A stretch of 64,000 bases of DNA, taken from Phyllosticta citribraziliensis (taxonomy: Eukaryota). A program made the translations under genes and the position numbers. Positions 35,961 to 47,876 of this stretch are shown piece after piece. The DNA lies in the NCBI RefSeq assembly GCF_038025025.1, contig NW_027117338.1, forward strand, positions 2,542,001-2,606,000. Reading direction: 5' to 3'. The first letter of the stretch is position 1; every line of letters starts with the position of its first letter. The notes under the pieces are model-generated. The model was not told the DNA's origin, did not search any database, and worked only from the letters and a program-made list of their open reading frames with translations.

Positions 35961-36644
35961 ATGCGCTAGTCATGCAGCGGCGGGGGGACGGGAGGTGGTG
36001 GTGATGTGATGACGATGTTGGAGAGGTGAGGTGAGGCGAGGTGAAGAGATGGGCGAGTATTGGGTATTTGAGGACTGGAGAGGAACGAAAACAGACTGGA
36101 GGCAAGGTTCTTGGGGGTGTTGTCAGGGCAAGCCAGTGGTTACTCGCTGGCATCCGGTCCATCCACCCACCCACCCACTGGCACCGCATCAGTCAGGTCA
36201 GGTCAGCCAGGTCCGGTCGGTTTGGCCCGGGCGTCAGGTCAGGTCCGGTCGGGTCGGCCAGCTCTCGGGCTCCGGCACAACTGAACGGAACCAAGACACC
36301 ACCGCATCCCATGTCTGTCGCTGCGTCACCACTTCTGGCGCAATCACTGACGCTGCTGCACGTCTTATCTCAACCACTCCTTGGTACTCGCCCTAGTCAG
36401 TCGTCGACATGGCTCGCTCCATGTATCAATCTTATCGACATCCCCGCCTCGACGCCACCCCTCCAGGAATGGCGCAACGGGGCCACCGAGTGTCTCCTCC
36501 ATCCACCTTGATGACCAATTCCATGTCTTCCTCGGCCTGACCCGACCCTCTCCACCGTTGCTTGCTCTTCAACTTCCTCGTCCCTGTCGTCGTCGTCGTC
36601 GTCGTCGTTCCCAGAGAAACCAAACATTGCTCTCTGCCGCCAAC

Positions 36645-38604
36645 ATGGCTGACCTCCCCAAGCCCCTCGATTTGTCCCACCATCTGTCGCGAAATGCGAA
36701 AAGTCGCGAAGCGTCGGCCATGAAGTCGTTTTACAAGTACTTTGCCATTCCTGGCATCGGCCAGCTCGCTGGAGGTGCGCTAGCCAAACCCTGCCCCAAA
36801 CAAAACTTTATGCTTGCCTTTGCTAAGCGCCCGCAGGTCTTCCCAACGACAAGTACTTTCCCTATGACAATCTGGAGGCCAAGGTCGCCTTGCCGAATCG
36901 CTGGCAGCCAACTCCAAACGATCCCGTCGATCCCCCGTCCTCTCAGCTCCAAGCTACCAACTTCTCCGACGTCCATCCCTCGGCCCGCATTGTTGTTCCC
37001 CACACCTCCAAAGGCCCCGACGTCCTGCGCAGGATCGACCTTGCTACCGCCTTGCAGTATGGCACTGCCCAAGGCTACCCTCCCCTTTACCAGTTTGTGC
37101 GCCAATTTACCACCCAGAACCTGCACCCCCACGTCCCCTACCAAGGTGGCCCGGAGATCATCTTGACCTGCGGCAACACAGATGGCCTATCCAAGGCTCT
37201 CCAGGCCCTGTCCAATGAGTGGTATGCTGGCAGGGACCCCATCGAAGAGCGCGAGGGTTTGCTTTGCGAAGAGTTGTGCTACACAAATGCCATCCAAGGC
37301 GCTCGACCTCGCGGCCTCAACATCGTCCCCGTCAAAATTGATGACGAGGGCATGACGGCGCATGGGCCTGGTGGCTTACAAGATGTCCTGGAGAACTGGG
37401 ACTTTTCCAAGGGCAAGAGGCCTCATCTGATCTACACTGTCACGTATGTACCTTTCCCTCTCTGTCCCTTGATGAACAGGGCGCAAATAGTTCGCTGACT
37501 TTGCAAAGAATCGGCCAAAACCCGACAAGTGGTGTGCTTAGTGTCGAGAGGCGCAAGCAGCTCTACGAGCTTGCAGTCAAGTACGACATCATCATTATAG
37601 AAGATGATCCCTACTGGTACCTCCAATTTCCCTCGTCTTCCCCGAATGCCCACCAATTTCACCATGTCCGAGAAAAGTCGTCGGGATTCGAGTACCTGGA
37701 CTCCCTGGTGCCGTCATATCTGTCCGTCGACTACCAGGGCCGCGTAGTCCGCCTTGACACCTTTAGCAAGACCGTTGCCCCGGGATGCCGTCTTGGCTGG
37801 ATCACCGCCCAGCCCGCGCTCGTTGAGCGCATCCTACGAATTACCGAGGGCTCGACTCAGCAACCCTCGGGTTTCGTGCAATCCATGATCAGCGAACTGA
37901 TTGTTGGTCCCCAAGGCAAGCAAGACGGTGGCTCCGGTGGCTTGAAGAACGGTCAGGGATGGGACATGACTGGCTGGGTCCGGTGGCTGGAAGGCCTGCG
38001 CGGCAACTATGAACGCCGCATGAACGTCATGTGCGACATCCTTGACAGCGGCAAGCAGCTTGTCAAGGCTGGTCGTCGCGGCTCTTTGACGGACTTGATC
38101 CGCTCCACCACGCACCCGTCGTCTTCCAACGGTGGAATCGACGACTTCGACGCCGACGTTGAAGACTGGGCTGTGGTCGAAACAACCAACATCTATGACT
38201 TTGTTCGTCCTCTTGGCGGAATGTTTGTTTGGGTACGCTTCAACTTTGAATTTCACCCCCTGGCCAAGAAGGTTGAGCTCCATGCCTTGGCTCGTGCTCT
38301 CTGGATCTTTTGGACCACGGAGTCCTACAGAGTGCTTGTGTCTCCTGGTACCATATTCTCGCCGACCGACGAGATTCGGGACCGCGAGGGCTACAGGTGC
38401 TTCCGAATGTGCTTTGCTGCGTGCGATGAGGCCGACATTGCTCCCATTTCGAAAAGATTTGTGCAAGGTGCCAAGGACTTTTGGCGGATCAAGGACCCCG
38501 CAAAGATTGAAGAGCTTCTGGAGGAAGATGATGCCGATGCCGAGAATTTCGAAGGTTTCGGTTCCGGGGACATGGGCAGTCTGGCTTCATTTGGCTTCTG
38601 TTGA
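36645..38604 (+). CDS. ARO8: Aromatic amino acid / 2-aminoadipate aminotransferase (PLP, class I/II)
   Basis: MADLPKPLDLSHHLS, LAGG|LP, ALQYGTAQGYP, GQNPTSG, IIEDDPYWYL and the PLP lysine in DTFSKTVAPGCRLGW. Two introns. Confidence 0.88.
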
Positions 38605-39184
38605 AAGAAAGCGGCATGGGACGAGAGGTTGCACTGCATGGCGCTGGAGAAACGGACGCAGGAGATCTCGATTGAACTTTGACAGGAACAAGCTTACGAA
38701 TTAAGACGTGACCACGAAGACGAATCATCATGTCGAGCCTTGAGGCGTGGAACTGATTTCGCAGGCACCGTCAAGGATGGACCAAAAGACTCACCAACAC
38801 CAGCCGGCCATGTGCCATCACCAGTGGCCATCAGCACGCCGGCTCTGCTGCAGTCGCCGACTACTCGCGTCCCGCCTCCGCTTTTCCAATATTTTCCCGC
38901 TTGGGTGTCACTGTTGACTGAAGCGGCACGACTTGATGACCAACAACAAGCAAGTCGGTCGTGTATAAATCCTCGACGTCTCTTTCCGAATCGACGCTTT
39001 CTAGCTCATTGCCATTGCCATTGTCTCGTCCAACACTTGGTGATTGCCCACCGAAGATTATCAATCCTCAACATTTGACATCAGCCCCGCGTCAAAATTG
39101 GCTTTCCGCGTTCCGCTCCGACGCCGCCACGCGACACATCCCAAGCATCGTATTGATCCCGGGACCGATCCGAACCCTCGAAGC

Positions 39185-40889
39185 ATGCCGCAACACGGTC
39201 TCGGCCCTGTCCTCAATATGCTGGTGCTCTTACTGCTGTCGTTCAGCGGTATTGTTGGAGCTGCGCCGGTCGTCCAAGTCCCGGACGTGTCGGAGCCGCT
39301 GCAGAATATCCTGCAAAATACGGACCGCAGCCAGCTGTACCGCTACCCGACTGACTTGACAAGGGCTATTATTCCGGTGCGTATGTGCGGGCGGGCGGGC
39401 GTCGAGCCATCCATCGTCATTGTCGCTGCGCGAAGTCCCCTTTGTATGAGTACTGCAGCTGCTCCGTCAACTTTTCCAGACAGTGAAAGCGTCAAAGATG
39501 ATGTGGTTGGGTAGATGATAAGAGGACCAACACTGCTGACACGTTGCTCGCAGAAAGCCTGTCACAGTCACAATGACTACTGGCAGGACGTGCCTTTTTG
39601 GAAGGCCCTGTCATACGGCTCCATATCGATCGAAGGCGATGTTTGGTACATCAACGGCACGCTTTACGTGAGTGGTATTCCTGCTCTCCTGTTCTCATTT
39701 CCTCTTCCCGGGCTTTCAAGTCTTTGTTCACTTTGAAGATCGATGGCTTCGGTGCCAGTTCTTGAAAAGAGAGGGTTGATGTTGGATCGATGTACAAAAT
39801 GTTTTGTGACAGCGATTTGGCTCATTGTTCAGAGAAGAGCGAGTCGCGTATGAGAGAAAAAGAACCCTTTCTTTGTGGAGCTCAACTCGGCGGTGGAGGT
39901 AAGGTTGTCGTTCGTGTTCCTTGGCTTCAGAAATGACGTCACAGGGTTGAATCTGGGCAACCAGACGACGACCAGGAAAAACTTGGATTAGAGTTTCGCC
40001 CCTCTAAGGCCTCTTCTTTGTGTGGATTCTTTTCTCTTTGCCATTCGCCTTCTGCTGTCAGAAAAATCCAGCATTGTCAGGCGGAAAAATGGAGAGTCAA
40101 AGACACTGTCGAGAGATTTGTGGCTCCAGAACCACGATTTGGTCGCCTCTTGTTTTTTCTTTCTTTCTCTGACTGACAGCCTCGCAGCTTGGCCATGACA
40201 CCTCGGCGCTGACGCCCCAGCGCACCCTCTATTCCCTCTACATCGAGCCCATCCTCCACGTCCTCCGCGGCGCCAACCCGGCTGCGCCAACCGCAGAGTC
40301 CCTGCCGACCTTCCGCGGCGTCTTCGACAGGGACACGGAGCAAACGCTGTACTTCGTCATCGACTTCAAGACAGCGCCAGACATCGGGACGCTGGACGCA
40401 GTGCTAGCAGCGCTGGAGCCGCTGCGGTCAGCCGGGTACCTCACAACGTGGCACGCGTCCAACAACAGCGTGGTCAAGGGGCCCATCACGGCCGTGGGGA
40501 CGGGCAAGATGGACCTGAAGTCGGTGCTGGGGCAGACGCCGACGCGCGACCTCTTCTACGACTCGCCGCTCTTCAACCTGACGTTCGAGGAGAACAAGGC
40601 CATCACGGGGCCCGAGGTCAGCCCCATCTGCTCGGGCCACTTCTCCGAGGCCTTTGGCAAGGTCACCAAGGCCGACTTCTTCGCCCAGAACCAGACGGCC
40701 CTCAAGCTGCTCCGCGACCAGCTGCGCGTCGCCCATGACAGGAACATCATGGTCAGGTACTGGGACCAGCCCGGGTGGCCCATTGGCACGCGCAATTCCA
40801 TCTGGCGCACGTTTGTCGACGAGGGCGTCGACCTGCTTAACATCGATGACCCGGAGGGTTGTGCGTCTTTTTGGGAGGGCAAGGGGTAA
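39185..40889 (+). CDS. AIM6: Aim6-like PLC-like phosphodiesterase
   Basis: Hydrophobic leader, YPTDLTRAIIP|KACHSHNDYWQDVP..SIEGDVW..LY|LGHD..LYIEPIL, FVIDFKT, VRYWDQP, GVDLLNIDD. Second intron 39668-40187. Start could be 39218. Confidence 0.8.
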
Positions 40890-43800
40890 TTTAATGGAGT
40901 GAACAAGGTAGGTCCGGACGGACGCGTTTGGGGAAGTTTAATGTCGAGTGCCGTTGTTTAATGTACTCGTCGCCCCGACTCCTTTGGGGTGTGTTACTGC
41001 GAAGCCTGATAGTACTATTAATTGATGCCATTCAATCGTCTCATCGTCCGTCCTTTTGTTCATACATGGACGGCCAAGCAGTTGGTACTAGTTCCCCTTC
41101 GTCTATGAGGACACCTCGATGCCACCACTATCAACCACGTCAACTCTTCAACTCCTGTATATCGTCTCTTGCAGTAACAGTGGACAACAAGAGTACGTCT
41201 CTTTGCCGCCATGACGCCTCAAGCAATGAAATCTCATCTCACGATGGGCTTGACCCATCTCTTCATTTCCTCCTCGACGGAACAAGGGCATATAGACATG
41301 GAGGATAAAGTCCGACACAACTTGAACATGGCAAGAAAGAGACATTCAACGTACCTGCTTTCTAGACCAAGGCAGTGAAGAGCACTCCAGCCTCCCAGCG
41401 CAGTTGGCGAAAAATCCACGCGATCTTCCCATCATGTCCGCGGCCGACAGAAACCCTCCGTGCCTCCCTCACAAGCACACCACCAAAAAGCATCACGCTC
41501 GGAAGGGCCTAACTAGCTAGTCCTGCACTAGCACCGCGTCCGCCGCCGCTTCAATGCGCTCATCACTACTCCTAGCATAGCCTAGCCTCGCCCCATCCCA
41601 ACCAGAACACTCTAGAACCCAAACACATCCGTACCTTGCCTAGCCAGCGGGCAGGCTAGGCACAAAGATGAGCCAGCGGCCCCTACCAGTGACGTCACAG
41701 ACCGCGGTGGGGAGGAACACTTCCAGCAACAACTTCGCCGACCGACGATGGATACACGCTCATCTGTCCGTTCCATCCTGGTCTAGGCTGCTTCAGTGCT
41801 AGTCGCGTCTCGTGGTGTCCGAGCCAGCTCAGCGCGGCGCCGCGGCGATGCCGTCAGTAGTCCGCCAACAGTTTGCTTTTGCCTGCGCTTCCACGCACAG
41901 GTGGAGAGAACGAACAGATGGAGGGGCCGCAGACGTCAACAACAACAACAGGTTGGCAGCCAGCTTCAATGGAGCAGGGCAGGCAGGCATGATGATATCA
42001 GCCGCCTGGCGCGCGCGAGATCAGCGGCGCCTGGATTCAAGCCAAAACCGGGCACCGCATGATAGAATGGTGGGGAAGCGTGATCCGCGGCCGCCGCTGA
42101 GGTAGGTGCTATATCATACACACCGCTATGACATAGGGGATGAGGAGTGTGTAAGAGAGGGTCTTGTGTTGGTGGTGTCCGTCGTGATCTGTCTGACAGT
42201 GTGCCAACGCAGCTTGCTTGCCTGCCTGCCCGCCTGTCTGCCTGCCTACATGCCTGGTCTGCCGGCATATGTGGTGCAGCACGGCGATCATCGGTGGTGG
42301 TGACATCGGGGGAGCGGCCATCCATCAGAAATGATTCTGATGTGCAGCCAGGGCGAACTGGACGGAACAATTTGGGAGTCCGCTCTCGGGAGGCGCATCA
42401 CTTTGGCGTCAGCGTCGGGAGACGTACGACGGTTTTCTTCGTTGGTCTTGACCGGGTCGGGGGCGGCGGCGGCGGGAGGAGGGGGCACGGAGAGGGGGTT
42501 GGTCGTGCATATGCCGTCGGAGGGGGTTGGCACCTCATGCGATTGTCGTTCATCACAGTAGCGATGATGGGTGAGGAGAATGTGGAGAGGGAAGAGAGTG
42601 GTGGCAACTGCCGACGGCAAGTTGCCATCTGCGGTCTTCATGCCCTCGTCTGTCTGTTCTGCTTTAAACGCTCTATAGCGCGTTTGATATGGGAATACTG
42701 GCAGCACATCTTGCGGGTATTTAGTTGGCAGGCGTGTGGTTGCAGTCAGTCATTGCCTAGCTGCGTGACGGCGACGCAAGGGAGTAAGGGACTCCCCGAC
42801 GACGAACATGCGCACAAACAGAGCGCGAGGCAAAAAAGAACATTTTCATGCGCGCCATTCTTGATGGATGTCTCAAAGCGGCAACTTGCAGAGCGGCCGT
42901 GCATGGAGTGCAGGCACGGAAGACGTCAGTGGAGCATTCCGTTGCGCGGAGAGAGGCCACGAGCGAGTCGACTTCAGGTACTCGGGTACATGTAGACACC
43001 AGACGATCCCACCCGTCCGCACAAAGAGACGCAGTCAGGACGAGACGGTTTGCCTGGTTTCAGACATTCTTTTGGAATGTGCACGCGTGGTGGTCGCTGG
43101 GCCGCCGCTGACTGTTTTTGCATCATCCCGTCGTCCCTTGTCGGCATCAACGTCATTCTTCGCCACTGGGACCCTTTGAAAGCTTTTGGTTGGCGTCGGC
43201 AGCCTGGCCAGCACTCGAGCGCTGATGCCGCTTGATCCTCGACGGTTGCGCGAAGTGGCTGCAGCCGCGGATGCCCCCTGTTGATATCACGGTGGTGACA
43301 TGATTCGGTTGGGTATGGGGGCTGGTCTGGTGGTGACGATGGTGCCTCCCCACCCCCCGGCCGTCAGACGAGCGTGAGCAGGTGGGCGTCTCGTCGTCAC
43401 GAATCCAAGTCAGTCAGTCGATCGTGGATCCAGAGGCCAAGAGATTTGCGGTCGAGAACAATGGCGGAATGGTTGAAGACGGGGTCGAAGTGGGTCGAAT
43501 GGAGCTGGCTAGGGGACTTAGTCTCGGCCTGCGGGTGAATTTGATCAGAGTCGGGAAGTGATATCACAGGATATGCGGGCGGGGAGCTGGGCGTTGGTCC
43601 CGTCACTGGCGGGGGGCAAAGGGTCGAAAGGAGGAGAAATTTCAAAACAAAGCTGACTGGCGTATTCGAGGCCGACGTGAAGCGATCGACGTTGACGGGG
43701 TGGGTGTTTGCAGGATTGCAAAGGTTCCGATGACATCAGAGGTGGCGATCGAGTTGCACCAGCAACGCCAGGAGGAAATGAGGGCGAGCAAGTGAAGCAG

Positions 43801-44825
43801 CAAAGCTGCCAGAGAGTCCGAATCAAAACGAGCCGTTTGTGTCGTGAGGAGGGGGACGTTTGGGCGAGTGGAGCCGAGATTCAACGTCCAGAAAGAGTCG
43901 TGGCTCGCGACGATTGCGCAGATGAAGGACGATAAAGGAAAAAGATTTTCAAAGGAGTAAACCATTCAAAAGGCTAAACTACCAGGTGGCAAGCGTGGAG
44001 CATCCCTGGAGAGGGTGAGGGGCGATAGGACGTCTGGATTTTGCGCGAGGAACGAGACTGCCGTTTTGGGACACGCGAAGTGCGGTGGTGGGGAAGCGAC
44101 CATGTGTGCTGCGTCGTGGGGCACACACTAGAGGAAGCAATTGCTGACCAAAAAAGAAAACAAAGAACAAGGCGGAAATTAAAATTGCTGAAGAGAATGA
44201 TGACAGGTGCGAAAAAGAAATGCGAAAAGAACGGCGGGCCAAGCAAGGAAGCGGAAGAGTCGAGAGGTCAGAGAGAGGGATGACGGTCGTCACATCCGTC
44301 GGCAGCGGGCCAAGAGGCCGGGCCGGCATAGCAAGCAGACGGGAGCAGAGGAAGCAGAGCAAAGCAAAGCAAAGCAAAGCCAGGCACGCGGTAGGGCTGA
44401 AGGGAGGAATCAAGATGAGCGTTGGATCGCAGGAGGAGTGACGCAAAGAGGCGGCAAAGAGCCGCAGGGTCGGAAACAGCTGGAGGTGACCTATGCAGAT
44501 GAAGTCACCCAGAACTGCGTCATGTCATCCATGCACGGGCAATGGAACCCGTCTTCGGCATGCATGGCCATGGCGGCGCAAGGCTTGTGCGCGGCGACGT
44601 CAATCAAGGGTCCTCGGCTGGCGACCACTCAGGGGGCGATGATCTCGACCCCCCGGTTGCTAGACTGGCCATCGGCTGCGCTTGTGGCGTATGCCCACCC
44701 ATCATGGCTGTAGAAAGGGTCCAGCTGCTTACATGGCCTGTCCACCTGGAAATGCCCTATATAGCCCGCCCTGCGTCCGTTACCAAACAATCATCTCCCA
44801 GCCAAATACTCTGCAACACCACAGC

Positions 44826-44885
44826 CTACAACAACAACCACCACCACCACCACCACCACCACCACCACTACCATCACCATCACCG
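44826..44885 (+). repeat. (CAA)/(CAC) trinucleotide tract in a 5' leader
   Basis: Direct read, between the TATA box (44758-44763) and the ATG at 44888. Confidence 0.85.
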
Positions 44886-44887
44886 CC

Positions 44888-45213
44888 ATGTCCGCCATCG
44901 GAACCGAAGCCTCTGTCTACGTCCGCGAGAACTTCTCGGAGCCCATGACGCCCATGCACAACTTCGCCAACCAGTACGACCTGGACAACCCTCAGGCCTC
45001 CATGTCTACCTACAACCGGTACACACGCTTTCCCACCACACGACCCATCCCCAGTCGCTAATTCACCCCAGCGTCATGCACGAACACACCAAGCTCCAGC
45101 TTGAGCGCGCCACCAGCTCGGCCCGCAGACGTTCGCAGACAAACGGCACCACTTCTCCGACCAACCTCCACTCCGAGTCGAGTCGGGGATCCGTCAGCTC
45201 CACTTCTTCTTAA
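44888..45213 (+). CDS. Small (90 aa) Ser-rich hypothetical protein
   Basis: TATATA at 44758, CCGCC-ATG context, exon 44888-45018, 53-nt GT..CTAAT..CAG intron, exon 45072-45213, reading ..DLDNPQASMSTYNR|VMHEHTKLQLERA..SVSSTSS*. Confidence 0.7.
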
Positions 45214-47876
45214 CTTTCCATCACTTGGACATGGCATCATCTTCTTGGCCTCGAGCATGAACAGCGTCTTGATCTTTACGATATAATGTTTTGGGCATGG
45301 AGCGGGTAAAAGGCGCATTTTGGATATTTGGGCATCTATGGTGTTAGGACCAAGGCTGACGCCGACCTTGGGCTTCTGTTGTAAATATCGGCTTACTTAG
45401 TTCGGAAACATGTTGCTTTGACTGCGAATGTTTTGATCCCACGAATCAGTCCAGTCCTGTCCCCAGACAAGCTTCGCATCATCATTCAAGGTCGCGGCCC
45501 GCGGGCGGTAGGCCAGGATGGATCATGTTCTCCCCCGCTTGCTCCCTTCGTCTCCGCACGCGAATCTCCGGACCCTGCTCCTTCCTCTGCGCCCAATCCC
45601 TGTCCGCTGACGCTCGTCATGCAGCCAAGCCTCCCTTGTCTTGTCCCCTGCACCGCACCGCACCGCACTGTCGACGCCCAACAACTCGACCGAATCAACG
45701 CTTTTCCAGCGTGACCGTCGTCATGGCGTTGGCACTTTGTCTACGCTGTTGTCATCTGCTATCCCAGCGTCTCACCAAACCCCGTGGCGGCCGGCCACCT
45801 GCAGCTCCACGCTAGGTACGTCTTTACCGCCACCAAACTTGGTCATCACCACCACCCAAGCCACGACAAGTGCCCCTGCTTAGCCGCACCGACTAGAGAC
45901 CCTCGGCCCTTTAGCACAGAGCACCTTTTGAGCCCGCTGTCCAACGCCGCGAGGGCAAAGAAAATTCCATGGTCCCCATGAAAAAATCAGGATTCTCCAT
46001 TGATTATCGAAAGGTCATGAGGTCATGCGAGTAATCCCCCAGGCTGCCTTGACCCTTTATCCACTGTTTTCCTTTATTGACCTTCTTCGAGACTCGAAAG
46101 TCCACAAAGGTCAAATCTCCGCTAAGCACGCCGCGCGCATCACTTCTTGCTCCGCTCCACGATAACCCTCTGCGACTCATCCGCCTGCCCACCCCAGTAT
46201 TTTGGTTCCTGTCCGCCCGTCCGAAACCCTCGTCGGTGCCCGTCGCTCAGCCCAAAATTCGCCGACTGCCCGAACCGCTAGTCAGCCTCGACCGAGTCAG
46301 TCTGCATACTCGTCTCCAGATCAACTGCAAACATGCCCATTGAGGCTGTGCGCCATGCAGTCGGTGAACGGGTCCAGGGTGCCGTGAGATCCGCGGCTGC
46401 GGTCCCTCGCGAGAAGATGCTGCAAAAAGCGAAATGCCTTGACTCGGTCAAACTTCTACGTCGTGAAGACTCCACTGTGTGTCTTGGTATCGGGTTCATC
46501 CGACAGCTCGTGACACAATTACAGCCGCTCAAAAATTGCAAGGCACCAAACCTATCAGCACTCAGTAACGGGCGGTAAGAGGAATTTCATGCCCTGGACA
46601 ACACTTATCGATGGGCTGCTATGCGGGTTCAAAAGGTGCCCTTGGGAGTGGGCGTTTTTCGTCCACCATCCGCCATAAGAGCAAAACAGCCACGTGGCTT
46701 TAGGCCTCGGCATCGACATGTCCCCTCATATTTCTCCAGCATCATGGCCCACTCGTAGATGGTAACGACTGTCCGTTTGCATCAACAAGATGCCCAAACA
46801 TGAAGATCCTCGCAACCCCACGATAAGATCAAAGGTCTAGACAAGTCGATGGAACCCAGACCGCCGGTCCATGATGCAATCAAAAGAGCAACGTAAATCC
46901 AGTCTTTGGGGATTTCGACGTTCCAGTCCCTGAAACAACAAGTGCATGAAGCGTGATTGGAATGCGCACCAGTCGAGCTTTGGGCTGTTCGGCTCGCCTG
47001 CGTGGAATCAGATACCGGACACAGACCGACCGGACTGATCGCGGGGAACATACCTGAGCGGTCAAACCCGTCGTCGTCACGTGGATGAGTCGATCGAAAG
47101 CCATGGCCAATCTGAAGTTCCAAACTTTTCGGCCTTTAGAACCGACAAAGCATGTACTTGACAAGATCCTCATGCGCTCACTTGTAGACAACTCTCGAAA
47201 CGATCAAATTTCAACCTTCCTGGAGGTGTCCAAACACCACTTGATAGAAACGACTGGTCGGCAGTCGCCCGAATTCCCAAATGGACAACAAATGGCTCAC
47301 TGTCTGAAAGAGCCGGCAATGCCCCAAAGCTCGTTTGAATATCCATTACTCCGACCAAAACGAGAGAATAATTCCTGGATGGGGCAGAACGTCCAGCCTA
47401 GAGCATCACTGAAAGCGGTAGGCCTTCGCAGACGAACCCAACCCCAAAGCCACGCGTAGATATGCAGAATCAACTTTCCCATGGCGGGGTCGCGGTTCTC
47501 ATTCTTGTGTCGTCATAGCGTCGCTCCGAATCAACCGTCCGCGAAAGAATGTGTTGAAGTGCATTCTGCCCAGCGCAGACCTCCTAGCTGCGCCCACGTC
47601 CTGCGCCTGCTCTCATAGCAAACCAGTGCGCCCCTTGGACGTCCCGAGGCCGTGCTCTGGAAAATCACCGGTCTCTCGCTGCCGTTTCCGTATCGTCTTC
47701 GAAGACGCGTGTGCCACGTCTGAAAGCGTCGGGACGTGTGGCGGCCTGCGAGCTTTCTGTCAGTGCAGTAGTATCACGCTCTCATTGCCATCGACTGACT
47801 TATATCAGGCCTGTCTTGGCTGTAGTCGCAACAACACGGCCAAGCTGCTCTACAGGATCCTTCAGCAACCACCATC

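Noticed and set aside
36190..36276. Aro80-type CCG repeat sites upstream of ARO8
   Set aside because: Only one CGG-N7-CGG spacing occurs, inside a low-complexity GGTCA/GGTCC repeat, so it cannot be distinguished from chance.
44542..45213. 223-aa poly-His ORF
   Set aside because: The His run comes from the CAC leader repeat downstream of the TATA box. The spliced 90-aa model explains the region better.
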